A stretch of DNA of 64,000 nt from the NCBI GenBank assembly GCA_030264375.1, contig JASCQW010000137.1, positions 23,721,453 through 23,785,452 of the forward strand. Direction: 5' to 3'. Source of the stretch: Carcharhinus longimanus. Its lineage: Eukaryota. Below, piece after piece: positions 52,341-64,000 of the stretch (its first letter is position 1; each line of letters opens with the position of its first letter). The notes under the pieces are model-generated. The model had not been told where the DNA came from. It saw only the letters and a list, made by a program, of their open reading frames with translations, and searched no databases. A program made the position numbers and the translations under genes.

Positions 52341-53164
52341 GTATGTTACCACCTTTACTTTTACTCTTAGCAGTTTCCTTCCTTCCTATCCCGGAGATTT
52401 GATTCTTTTTGCTAGAGCTTAGTTTGGACATTACAGATCTTCCCATATGTCAAACAAGTAATTGTTACTTTTCTGAATCTTGATGGTGAATGTTGAGCAA
52501 TCTGTTTTTAGAAGTGTGTCATGTATGTAAATTCCCTGTTATCCTTGCCTGAAGTATAAACAGGCTTCCTGTATTTTTGAAACATGATGGTAGTGTAAAA
52601 TAAGATTTGAAGTACTGTAATCATCATCACTAGTCAGTGATGGTTGGAGCTCCTATGAATGTCTTCCACACCACCATTGACTTGCATATTACCTGTTGTC
52701 TTTCCATCAAGCATCCCCCTCCTTTCTGCCCAAAGGAGTTGGCATTTTCTTGACATGCCCAGGTTAATTAACAAGCACTTAGCATTGAGCAGTGGGTCCT
52801 GTTTATTGTCATTGCAATAGCAGGATTGACTCTATCAAAATCTTTTTGTCCTGTTGCTTGTCAGGTTAAATTGTAGTAGGCAGGCAGACAGACATGTCAT
52901 GTTCTGGACCGGACCCATGTGGTTTTTGTTAATGTTTCAGTGAAGGCCACAACAGTATTCAAAATTTTTTGAGAATTTTGTATATCACGATTTATGATTT
53001 ATTTTCTTGGATTGTTTATGAAGATTGAGTTTTTATTGGTAAGGCTCAATATGATAGACCCCTATCTCATTTGATTGTCTTTGGTTTCACTAATTGGCTT
53101 GACGAAATTTCAAATATGAGCACTTATTTAAAAATGTTATGAATAGCCACATTTTAATGATCAT

Positions 53165-54530
53165 AAAGCATTTATAGCACAGAAACAGGCCATTCAGCTC
53201 AGCAAGCTTATAGCTATGTTTCACACAAACCACCTGTCTTTATTTATCTATTCCGATCAACATATTTCTTTCTCCCTTGTAGTTATATAGCTTCCTCATA
53301 AATTCATCAGTACTCCTTGCCTCAACTACTATGTGATAGCCAGTTCCACATTGAACTATAATCCAGGTTTTAAAACAAAATCCAGAATTTCCTTCTGGAT
53401 TATTGCTGATTATCAAATGTGTATGGTCTCCAGCTTTGGTCTTCCTGACAATGGAAACATCCAAATGTGGTCTGTCTGAGGTTCTATACAAGTTTAATTT
53501 CTTTGCATTGCAATTCTATCCCTCTGGAAATAAACCCTAGTGCTTTGTCTTTTTTCCTTTTATTATTTTCAGTATCACTCTTTACTGATATATTTGTATC
53601 CATGATTCCTTTGTTCCTCTATCCCACTTAATTTATTTTCAAAGGAACACAGCCTCCTTATTTTTCCTACAAAAATTCACTTCTCATTACTAAAGTTGCC
53701 AATTGCATGCCCATTCTGCAAGTTTATTTGTCTTCCTGTATTTGGTCATAGTCCATCTCTATACTAACAATTTGGAGAATCTACAACATTTGAAAATATA
53801 TTTCATGTAAATAATGAACTGCAATTATCCCAGTTTCATTCTTATCAAACACTACTTCACACACTTTGCCAAGTTAAGTCGCTGTCTTTAATCCTTTATT
53901 GTTATTATTTGTATTGTAACCAGTTTGTAGCTACTTTTCTTCTGACTGTGTTCTGACCTTGGTCGTGGATTTACTAGGTGGTTTATCGAACGCTTTTTGG
54001 ATATCCAAATATTACATACACATCACAAGTTCAATAATCTTGATCATAAATTTTGAAATCTGTGTATATTACTCTGTTTTTAGTTTTNNNNNNNNNNNNN
54101 NNNNNNNNNNNNNNNNNNNNNNNNNNNNNNNNNNNNNNNNNNNNNNNNNNNNNNNNNNNNNNNNNNNNNNNNNNNNNNNNNNNNNNNATCATAAATTTTT
54201 AAATCTGTGTATATACTCTGTTTTTAGTTTTGGAAATGATTACATCCTTTAATTCTGATCACTGTTAAAATAATAGTCTATAGTTTCCTGGATTTGTTAT
54301 TTAGACAGATCATATTAGATGTCTGCCAATTTGCTGGCACTGTTCCCTTTCCTAATGAACTTTTCTATCTATGTAATAAATAATACATTGCTATCTTTTC
54401 CTAAAGTTTTTTAATGTGCATCATTGCAATCCATCGAGACCAAGCAATTAAGTTTCATTAAGTTTGATTAGTTTATTAATAATCTTTGTATCTTAAATGT
54501 TTTCATGTTGTGCCTTGTTGATCTCCATGC
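53165..54530 (-). mobile_element. Old CR1 LINE fragments in RAC3 intron 3
   Basis: GCACAGAAACAGGCCATTCAGCTC tail; GGTTTATCGAACGCTTTTTGGATATCCAAAT is the reverse of LDIQKAFDK. Confidence 0.55.
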
Positions 54531-54644
54531 CAAATTGATTTATGACCTTCCCTAAGAATCCAGGTAATGGTGATGAATTCTTATTTACATGGAACAAATT
54601 GAAATTTTTTCTCCTCTTTGTGTTTTTTCCCTTTTTTTTAATAG

Positions 54645-54707
54645 GATGTGTTTTTGATCTGCTTTTCACTTGTGAGCCCAGCATCCTTTGAAAACGTCAG
54701 AGCAAAG
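54645..54707 (+). CDS. RAC3: RAC3 exon 4
   Basis: Long polypyrimidine tract + TAG, GTAATG donor; 63 nt; DVFLICFSLVSPASFENVRAK. Confidence 0.97.
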
Positions 54708-55248
54708 GTAATGTTAAAGTGAGGCTTCAAAACAAAGTTTACATATATATCAGTTTGAAGCTTTGAGCGGTCTCAAAAGTATAGTCATAAGCAGGAAACC
54801 CGGTTCACTGGGTTTAGAGATCTATTTCAAGAGAAGTAAATTGATGCTTTAATCTTCATTTTTGTCTCACTTTTGCAGTGATATCAGATTAATGTTTTCA
54901 TATGTAGTATGGGTGTCATACAAATACATAAACTGTTTTTATAAGTCCTTATCTACCATAACTCAGCCAAAATGGTATACAAACTAATCTCAAGTATATC
55001 GGTGTGCTGATTTCTTCCTCTTGTTGGAAGATAAATGCCTTTTACTTTGGAACCACTGTCTTAACCATTTGACCCTAAATAAGTTTGAGATATTTCATTG
55101 TAGTCTCAAATGAACTGAATCCAAAACACACTATTTTACGCTGTATTTAGTTTAAAATATAATTGCAAGTGAGTGGATTATGTGAGAAGATCGATATGGA
55201 AGAGCATGTTATTTGAAGCCATTGTCTTGTCTTTATTATTCCATGCAG

Positions 55249-55408
55249 TGGTATCCAGAGGTGCGGCATCATTGTCCAAACACGCCAATAATCCTGGTAG
55301 GAACAAAACTGGATTTGCGGGATGATAAAGACACTATTGAAAGGCTAAGAGATAAAAAGCTGGCTCCCATTACCTATCCCCAGGGGTTGGCTATGGCCAG
55401 AGAAATAG
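55249..55408 (+). CDS. RAC3: RAC3 exon 5 (G4 motif, Rho insert)
   Basis: GCAG acceptor, GTGAG donor; 160 nt; [53 protein letters not shown]; ERLRDKKLA and AMARE are RAC3-type residues. Confidence 0.97.
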
Positions 55409-55929
55409 GTGAGTGGTGGTAAAGTCTGGGTAAATTTATGGGATGTGATGAGATGCGTTCACCACTTGGTCACGTTGAAATGAAAGTTTAGCAACAAGCA
55501 TCATATACAGCTCCATCCAAGCCATGGTCAAGTGCCTCAGGCCGTTGTCTTGACTGAATATTTTTGACTGATGTCTATGGATTGTTGCAACATGCAGACT
55601 TGACAATTAGCCAGAGGAATAACTGAATCTATCAATCTGTTTGTAAATGAGGGTTAGCTTTCCAGTTGTTCCCTGAGCAACCAGCATTGAGGCAATGCTG
55701 CAGAATTGGGTAAGAGAATTGATGCTAAATAATCATGAAGCCTCCTTGGAGACCTGAGCTGCAACATTGCCTTAATTTTGACACAATCTTTGGGAGATAT
55801 CAAAATCTCTCTGCACTGAATGAAATGTCTAATCTAGTCTTTGTGTCATTTTGTTTCTCTTCTGCAGTGTTTGTCCTTTAATATTTCCACCGGCAACGAA
55901 ACCTGTTTTTCTACAATTTGTTCAAGGAT

Positions 55930-56190
55930 CAGTAGCACAGTGGTTAGCACTGCTGCCTCACAGCGCCAGGGACCCAGGTTCAGTTCCCAGCTTGGGTTGC
56001 TATCTGTGCGGAGTTTGCATGTTTTCCTTGCGTGGGTTTCCATCGACAGTCCAAAGATGTGCGGGTTAGGTGCATTGGCTGTGCTAAATTCTCCCTCACT
56101 CTACCCAAACAGGCGCCAGAGTGTGGTGATTAGAGGATTTTCAATCATTTCATTCCAGTGTGAATATAAGCCTATTTGTGACTAATAAAT
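55930..56190 (+). mobile_element. HE1-like SINE
   Basis: GTAGCACAGTGGTTAGCACTGCTGCCTCACAGCGCCAGGGACCCAGGTTC head; GTGACTAATAAAT tail. Confidence 0.85.
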
Positions 56191-56275
56191 ATAATTAACT
56201 AATTAAAATATCTGGGGACCTTGCTTCAAATTTTATTTAATTTTTAAATCGCCACAAACTGGATTTCTCCCTTGA

Positions 56276-56355
56276 CACCAGGTTAAAGTCTTTAAACTGG
56301 TGTTGTGAGACTTCTTACTGTGTTTACCCCAGTCCAACGCCGGCGTCTCCACATC
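56276..56355. mobile_element. Short hairpin-type element (Penelope-like derived), internally collapsed
   Basis: Shares CTGGTGTTGT.AGACTT..TACTGTGTTTAC.CCAGTCCAACGCCGGC with 60584-60831; 13-bp duplication AT(T/C)TCTCCCTTGA at 56263-56275 and 56356-56368. Confidence 0.75.
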
Positions 56356-57929
56356 ATCTCTCCCTTGAAGCAGATTTACCATTTTACTGTGAATATAAGT
56401 TAAGTTTACATTGTTTTGATTTGCAAGACAAAACTCAGTAAACTTTTATAAAAGGACTAAGTTTCCATTGTTGAAGCATTTTTCCAATCTCTGCAAAGGT
56501 GATCCTGTAATAGTGAAGAAGCATTCAGTGTGTTATAGCACCAACCTGTCAAGACTTTTTCAGAGATTCTTGTTAGTTATTTGAAAAGGGTGGCATCAAT
56601 TCAGGGACAGTAATTCTCTGCTGTGAACTTTTTGGCACTTCAGTTTGACGGTTTCTGGCAGATGGTAATGTGAAATTAGATCCAATTAACTAAAATTGGA
56701 AATAAAAGTATGATTTACTGAACTTTTCTGTCAGAGCTGAACAAGAAAGATAGGTTTAATGTANNNNNNNNNNCTTCAGATATCTAGCATTCCTTTTATC
56801 TTTGAATTTATATCACAGTATGCTTCTTGAATATTAAGCATGATATTGCTTTATTTTTAAGAATTTTCTGCTAAAATGGATGACCTTTTTTATTTATTAA
56901 AGGTACTGATGTTGGAGATGAATTGCAGACACTGGGCTCTCCTGTAACCCCCCCTGCTACCTTATACCATGATTAAATTCCTTCTACTTTGCCCAGCAAT
57001 GTGTATACAGCCATTAGGGAATCAATCTACTGAGAGATGCATTCCTGATATTTAAAATTTATGAGAACTGTAAAGTCAGCTTTCTTATGCATTGCCAAGA
57101 ATTCAACATTAATACCTGAATTCTTACTCCTGTCAATTTTATTTCCAAAATCTATTTTCTTTCATTTGGACTCATTAAAAACAATTATTAAAGGTTGTTA
57201 ATTGTTAATCATTTTCATTTTATTATTGAGGCAAGCCTTATGAGAATCATTTACTACAGACGTGTTTCTGTGTACATGACACAAACGAGGGACATTCCAC
57301 TGAGCTGTTACGTAATTTGCTATTTTCTCGGGTGGTACATGGTTTTGTTTTTGTGTAATGTATTTAGATGCAAGTCTGCAGCTCTTTTGTTGCTCAACTA
57401 TCCTACAGCTTAATCAATCGGATACAAAATTCATTGCTCCCGCGAAACAAGGACTGTAATCAAAATCACAAAGTGGGTCTCTATACAGCTGCAGCGGGAG
57501 TCACTGAGAAACAACCTTTTGTGTAAAGACTTCACTAAGTGATTTAAACAAAGTTATAACAGTGAAATAGGCTATTTGGTCCAAGTCAGTTAATGCTTCA
57601 CTTACCCTTTATTTACCCACTTTTCCTCACTCACCAAGCCGAAATAATCTTCAATGATTTTCAAAGAAGAGTCATATTAACCTGCTGAGTCTTTCCAGCA
57701 CTTTGTTTTTCCGTCAATGTTGGTATAGTTTCTACTTTAGCTTCTAACCCTGGGAGTGAATTCCAATCCTCTGAGCATTCCATTAAGAAGTTTCTCCTGA
57801 ATTCTGCACCCAATACCAGCTGAAGTCTCTTGCAAAGGTTTTATACAGGCTTATCAATACTTTTCCTGGCTCTTGTATTCCATCTGTTGTGCTCACGCCT
57901 AGAATTCTATCAGCTTATTTTACAGCCTT

Positions 57930-59410
57930 ATGAAGCCAATTACTGCCCCATCAATCTACTCTCAATCATCAGTAATGTAAGGAAACAGCACTATCAAGCA
58001 GCACCTGCTTAGCAATAACCTGCTCACAGACACTCCATTTGGGTTCCATTAGGGTCACTCAGCCCCTGACCTCGTTACAGTCTTGGTTCAAATATGGACT
58101 GAATTTCAGACATGGAGTGAGATTGCCTGCCCTTGACATCAAGGCAGCATTTGATTGGATGTGGTATCAAGGAGCCCTAGCTAAACTGGAGTCACTAAGA
58201 ATCAAGAGGAATGCTCTACACTGTAGTAATACTTGGCATAAAATAAGATGGTTGTGGATGTTGGAGATCAATTATCTCAGCTCCAGGACATCATTGCAAG
58301 AGTTCCTCAGGGTAGTGTCCTAGGCCCGACCTTCCCTCTATCAGAAGGTCAAAAGTGGGGATGTTTGCTGATCATGTGTCATTTGCCACTCCTCTGGCAC
58401 TGAAACAGTCCATGTCTATATGCAGTAAAACCTGGACAATATCTAGGCTTCAGGTGACAAGTAACATTTTGTGCCATGCATGTGCTAGACAATGACTAGC
58501 TCCAACAAGAGAGAATTGAACAATTGTGCCTTGATATGCAATGCCAATTGGGAGTGGCACTGTGGTTAGCACTGCTGCCTCACAGCACCAGGGGCTCAGG
58601 TTTAATTTGTGAACTTTTTTGTGGAGTTCGCATGTTCTTCCCATGTCTGTGTGGGTTTCCTCCAGGTGCTCTGGTTTTTTCCCACAGTTCAAAGATGTGT
58701 CGATTAAGTGAAAAAGTGAGCTCAGTGTATGGGGTTATAAGGAGTGGGCTGGATAAAATGGTCTGTCAGACCTAATGGGCTGAATGGCCTCCTGCATGGC
58801 ACTGATTCTATGATACTGTCACTGAGTCCCCCACTAACAACATCCTGGGCATTATCATCAACCAGAAACTGAACTGGACTAGCCATGTAAATACTGTGGC
58901 TACAAGAGCAGGTCACAAGCTAGGAATCTTGTGGCGAGTAACTTCCCAAAGCCTTTCCAGCATTGACNNNNNNNNNNTGTAGTGTGTGGAATATCCTCCC
59001 CTTGCTGGGATAAGTCAATCTCCAACAATGCTCAGGCAGCCTGCTTGGTTGGCATCTATCCAACATCCTCTACCTCCCCACCAATGCACTGAAGTACTCG
59101 TGTGTACCATCAACAAGATGCATTGCAACAACTCAATGTTCCTTAGACAGTACCTTCCAAACCCAAATCTCTATTATCTAGAAGGACAAAGGCAGCAGAA
59201 CACCTGCAAGCTCCCTTCTAAGCCACACATCATCCTGACTTGGAACTATATTGCTGGTCTTTCACAGTTGCTGGGTCAAAATTCTGGAACTCGCTAATAG
59301 CACTGTGGGTGTAGCTGCTGAGACTGCAGCAGTTGAAGAAGGCAGTTCACCACCACCTTCAAGGGCAATTAGGGATGGTCAATAAATGCTGGCCTAGCCA
59401 GTGAAGCCCA
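57930..59410 (+). mobile_element. CR1-superfamily LINE with nested HE1-like SINE (58550-58812)
   Basis: ANYCPINLLSIIS, ALDIKAAFDWMWYQG, MFADH; 3' tail GGGCAATTAGGGATGGTCAATAAATGCTGGCC. Confidence 0.85.
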
Positions 59411-60583
59411 CATTTTTAAAAAATGCCACTGTCAGAGGATTATCCTACAATCCTCCTGCTGTTCCAAACGCCAAATCTAATGTTTCTAAGTATAATTGTT
59501 TTCCACATGCTTGCTGACTTGGAACTTCCTATCTGGGGCTTTTTAGCTGATTCTCCTATCCTACTGAGTTATGAATGGTTTTTCTGAAGCCTCTCCTTTT
59601 CACAAATATTAGCTGCATTTTTAAACAATTTTAAGACACTGTTTTTACATTAGGGTGCAGTCATCAGCAACTCAGAGGGTCATGCTATCAGCTGGACTTG
59701 TAAACCATATAAAACCGCTGTCCAAAGAGTTTGTTAACAACCTCTATGCAGTTAATTTCCCCCATTAGCAGGCAATTTTCCCATTCTTAAGTTAGCACAT
59801 GAATTCCTTTTTAATCAAGGGATTTGGAGGTGACGGTTGCCTGTAAAAGCACATAGATGAGCAGTCAAATACTCTCAGGAGAGAGAATAATTGAAAAAAA
59901 TAACTTCCCTTTGGCTGTTTATGTTCTTCCTCTAAATGTACCACTGACTATTTAAAGTCCCACAAATTTCTTTCATTAATAAAGGCTACAGGCTTTTTCT
60001 AAATGATTGTTGTAGTTTAATTTTGACTTTGGACTTTTATTATCAAATCTGTATAATGGTAATTAGTAGGTACAATTGGCTCTGAAGTAATACGTATCCA
60101 AAATTCCAGACTCGTAAGAGTCTACAAACAGTTTGTTTCTAAGTAGAACACCTTGGGGATGAAGTGGAATGTAATGCAGCAATTGCTGATCTGGTTTCTG
60201 CCAATGTTAATTATTCCTTACCAGGAGCAAGATGGCTCAGTGCTAAACTTCAATTTTCTTAACACTGAAGAAATTGTGGTTGGCATTATTTTTATTGTGG
60301 TGGGGAGGGGCAGGTGGTGGTCGTCAGCTGTGACATGCAGAAATCTACCACCGTGTTTGAGTTCCCAAACAAGATTTACTGAGAAATCACCTGAGTAGAG
60401 TTTCTATTTGCCCAATATGGGGTACATTCTGTGCCTGCAGGGATGTTCCCCACTGATGCATTCTCACTTCCAGCCAGAACTATCCTACCCCTTTGGGACA
60501 AATCTTGTATGATTACCAGAAGTCAGGTAAGAGAGTCCCCAGCATCCAATGACTGGTTTTCCCCAATGGGTTTCATTAGTCAT

Positions 60584-60831
60584 GATGTGGGTATGCCGGC
60601 GTTGGACTGGCGTAAACACAGTAAAAAGTCTGACAACACCAGGTTTTAGTCNNNNNNNNNNNNNNNNNNNNNNNNNNNNNNNNNNNNNNNNNNNNNNNNN
60701 NNNNNNNNNNNNNNNNNNNNNNNNNNNNNNNNNNNNNNNNNNNNNNNNNNNAGGCAGTCCCCTCGAAAGCTTGTGAGTATATTATCAAATAAATAGGTTG
60801 GACTAAAACCTGGTGTTGTCAGACTTTCTAC
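60584..60831. mobile_element. Short hairpin-type element (Penelope-like derived), spans gap
   Basis: Inverted repeats at 60620-60651 and 60801-60832; exact 13-bp duplication TTTCATTAGTCAT at 60571-60583 and 60832-60844. Confidence 0.8.
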
Positions 60832-62232
60832 TTTCATTAGTCATCCAGTCTGTCTGATTAAAGTTCAGATCCCTGAATTATTGCAGATCTGAACCTAGGG
60901 GAAAGCAATTTAGCAAGGATTGGTATGTAGGCAAAATATAGACAGTAGCATTTTGGTCAAATTTATATTTTGTTGTATTATTTCAATGTTACAGAAAGAA
61001 TATACAGTTGCCTGTTAAAACAATGTTCTATGGTTATATCTACATAGCAAATATTCTTTTGTAATGAATTTAATTAGCAAAGCAGTAATGTGGGTGGGGA
61101 AATAGAGATACAGAGTGCTTTCGTAATCCATGAATACCTATAATTATTCGTATTGAGTTTCTGTTGTGAAAATAAAGACTCTGCATGATGCTGGAGGACA
61201 GCCCTGGAGAAACTGAAAGGGGCCTTTGTTTTAGCAGCTGGGAGAATTACAGTTCATCCTCCATTCTGTGCTGAGGGCACTGTTGACTTTTATTGTTGGC
61301 TCGTGAGAAAGTGAAGAAAAACTCCACTTCCAATCCCCCTGGGAAAGTCTGCCTTTGTTGAAGCACTTTGTGTTTCCTTGTTTACATAGGCTATTAACCT
61401 CATCAAGTTTCCCCTTCCCCCATCTTAAATAAAGCTCAAATAGTATTGTGGTCATTTGTAGTACCTTTTTGGCACTCTTAACATTAATCTATGTAAGGAT
61501 TTGAATAAAGCGGAAACAGTTTGACAATAGTCCATAAAGACCTGAATTGTCATAGTTCAGCATGAATCTATGATTCTCCTTTGATCTGTTACAAAAAAAT
61601 TCTCCAGTCAGTCTTCCAATTCTTCACCTTCATTTTTGTTTTGAATGTTGGCAGGTTATTTTATTGGCTTGTCTAATATCCATGCTTTTGCATCTCAGCA
61701 GCAGTTTTATTCTCTTACACAAGTGAGAATCACATTATGCTGTGAATGCCAACTGACTAAATTACTATTATTTTAAATTGTTCTCTGATACTTGCAAGAG
61801 CCACGATAAAGTGAACTTATTCTCCGCACTACATATAATCTCAGTGTGGGATACTTAATGGATTATGTGAAAAGGCTTCCCCCGCCACCAACCTCTTAAC
61901 CACCAGAGAATAATTTGTCCAGAACTCCTTACTGCCCAGGCCTTGCTAACTTGCTTTCTCCTATAGCAAATTCTAGCTTCAGATGACCCTTTGCTGCATT
62001 GTCATATCTACCCAGACCTTGGAGGCAGGAATGTTTGTCAAGATTGTTAATTATGGAAAAGCAATTAGGAAACATATGCAATTATATTTTACTATGTGAA
62101 ACAATTGTCGGTTGAGATTGTGCACATTAATGACTGACAGTTTAAAACCAACCAAATAGGCTCATCATTGAAGCAATGACATGGTAAACTTATGATTTGT
62201 ATTTTCAGAGCTGTTTTTTTTCACCAACGCAG

Positions 62233-62363
62233 GTGCTGTGAAGTACCTGGAGTGCTCTGCTCTTACGCAGAGAGGTTTGAAAACTGTATTTGATGAAGCA
62301 ATTCGAGCCGTGCTGTGCCCACCACCTGTGAAAAAACGTAGAAAGAAGTGCACTGTTTTCTAG
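62233..62363 (+). CDS. RAC3: RAC3 exon 6 (polybasic region, CAAX box)
   Basis: GCAG acceptor; 131 nt; (G)[42 protein letters not shown]; CTVF is the RAC3 CAAX; the six exons sum to 579 nt = 192 aa + stop. Confidence 0.96.
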
Positions 62364-63017
62364 AAAGGGACCGTGCAAGGAACCATATCTTCATAACAAC
62401 ACAATCTGCTGGTATTTTATCCAAATCGTGGCCCTGTGTGGAATCGGACTGCAGAAGAGAGTGTTCTTCGTGTTGCCTCTCTCTTGAGTTGGAACAGTTA
62501 GCCTTGAGAGTTAAGTCCTGAAGTCAGTAATTATTCTGTTAGCGCTGTGTTGGATTTTGTGTGAGGCAATGTGGCTGTCTTCATGAGTGGACTCCATTTT
62601 TTTTTAAGCTGCAGTATCCCCTCTTGCTAACTTCTACCCAACTCGAGTCCAATGATATCCAAAATCACACTTCCATTGTGGAAACAGTATTAATGGGTCT
62701 TTTCATCTATGAACTTGATTTTTTAATTTTAATTTGTTTTATAACTGACTTGCTCTTTGAGCAATGTCAGGTTGCTGCCCCTGTTGTTCCTCTTTATTTA
62801 CTATTTCACTGACAAAGTGAACTCAGAGGACTGAGCAATAGCTGTTCATGCCCTATTCTATTAAACTGACTTTTTAAAGTCCACTCTTGCTGGCTAGTAT
62901 CATTTGTTAGTCCAGACCAGCAGTAGTTTTTAGTACTCATCAGTCCATAATGCCAATTATTGAAGTCAATAATGTAACTGTTTGCATTTTTCTTAAATGG
63001 GCTATTTTGAATATGCT

Positions 63018-63515
63018 TATACATTGAACAGATTATTTTTCCCTCTAATTTAAGTACAGTACATGGAAGTACATTAAGATTGTGTAGAACAGACACTTTT
63101 TTTGCATGGACTTGATTTTTCGCCCTTTNNNNNNNNNNNNNNNNNNNNNNNNNNNNNNNNNNNNNNNNNNNNNNNNNNNNNNNNNNNNNNNNNNNNNNNN
63201 NNNNNNNNNNNNNNNNNNNNNNNNNNNNCCACCCCCCCCAAACATCTTCATCTGTTACAGTTTACCCTCTGACTTCAGCTTCTCTATCGTTTGACCATTC
63301 ACACCTTCTATTCTTTCTATGGACTGTCATTAGCAGCCTTTCCCCTTGTTTTTGTGGCTCATCTTTCATTCCTTCACCCTACAGTATAAATATCCCCCTT
63401 TTTCTATACATTGAACAGATTATTTTTCCCTCTAGTTTAAGTACAGTACATGGAAGTACATTAAGATTGTCTAGAATGGACACTTCTTTTGCATGGACTT
63501 GATTTTTCACCCTTT
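63018..63515 (+). repeat. ~110-bp direct duplication flanking a gap plus insert in the RAC3 3' region
   Basis: TATACATTGAACAGATT..GACTTGATTTTTC.CCCTTT at 63018-63128 and 63405-63515, with about 6 differences. Confidence 0.85.
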
Positions 63516-64000
63516 TTGTAACCATGTCTCATTGCGAAAAATCAAAATGAGGGGTACTGCAGTGTTAATTATTGTAGAGATACTTTTTGACCTTTCTGTA
63601 AGCAGCTAGGTAATACGGGATCACTGAGTGCAGCATGGGCAAAAGTGCAAATTTAAAAGGGGGGGGGGTGGGGGAAGGCTTGTGTATGTGGAAGACTTGT
63701 GTAAAAAGGCTTTCTGCTGGTTATGTAAAATCAGTGTTTAACTGTTGTGTTCATTAACTTTATTACAACAATAGCAGACTTATGTTTTGACAAATAATTG
63801 ACCAGGGTTTTTCCTTCATTCTAAATGTTACAAGTAAATTGTAGAAATTGCCAGATGCAGTGTCCAACTAGTGATGCAGCATTTGCTTGTTCCAGCTGGT
63901 ACTAACAAAAAACAATTCTGCCAATTTGGCATCTTCATTTCTAGCACTGGCCTGCATGATTTGAGTCTCAATACTTTTATTCTAATTGACATCCTAGCCT

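Noticed and set aside
54043-54232. ~45-bp direct repeat on both sides of a 100-N gap
   Set aside because: Near-identical contig-end overlap, typical of a scaffolding artefact.
52341-54644. RAC1b-like 57-nt alternative exon 3b
   Set aside because: No exon resembling VGETYGKDITSRGKDKPIA was seen; the intron is mostly old LINE sequence and the gene is RAC3.

Overview
Vertebrate, repeat-rich genomic DNA with many N gaps, most likely from an elasmobranch (shark), judged from HE1-type V-SINEs and CR1/HER1-type LINE tails. It holds the last four coding exons of LRRC45 (+, 1563-10421) and a complete six-exon RAC3 gene (+, 37669-62363; 579 nt CDS, 192 aa), the same order as in human. The most notable non-genic feature is a decayed, 5'-truncated R2-clade retrotransposon on the - strand (~12378-14280). 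Its 3' end joins ~90 nt of degenerate 28S rRNA starting exactly at the canonical R2 target site, yet it lies outside any rDNA array. Also present are a Gypsy LTR fossil, a Buster/Charlie hAT fossil, a short hairpin element family with 13-bp target-site duplications, a G-rich tract before the RAC3 promoter and many LINE/SINE fragments. All homology calls come from manual translation and recalled sequences; no database search was run.
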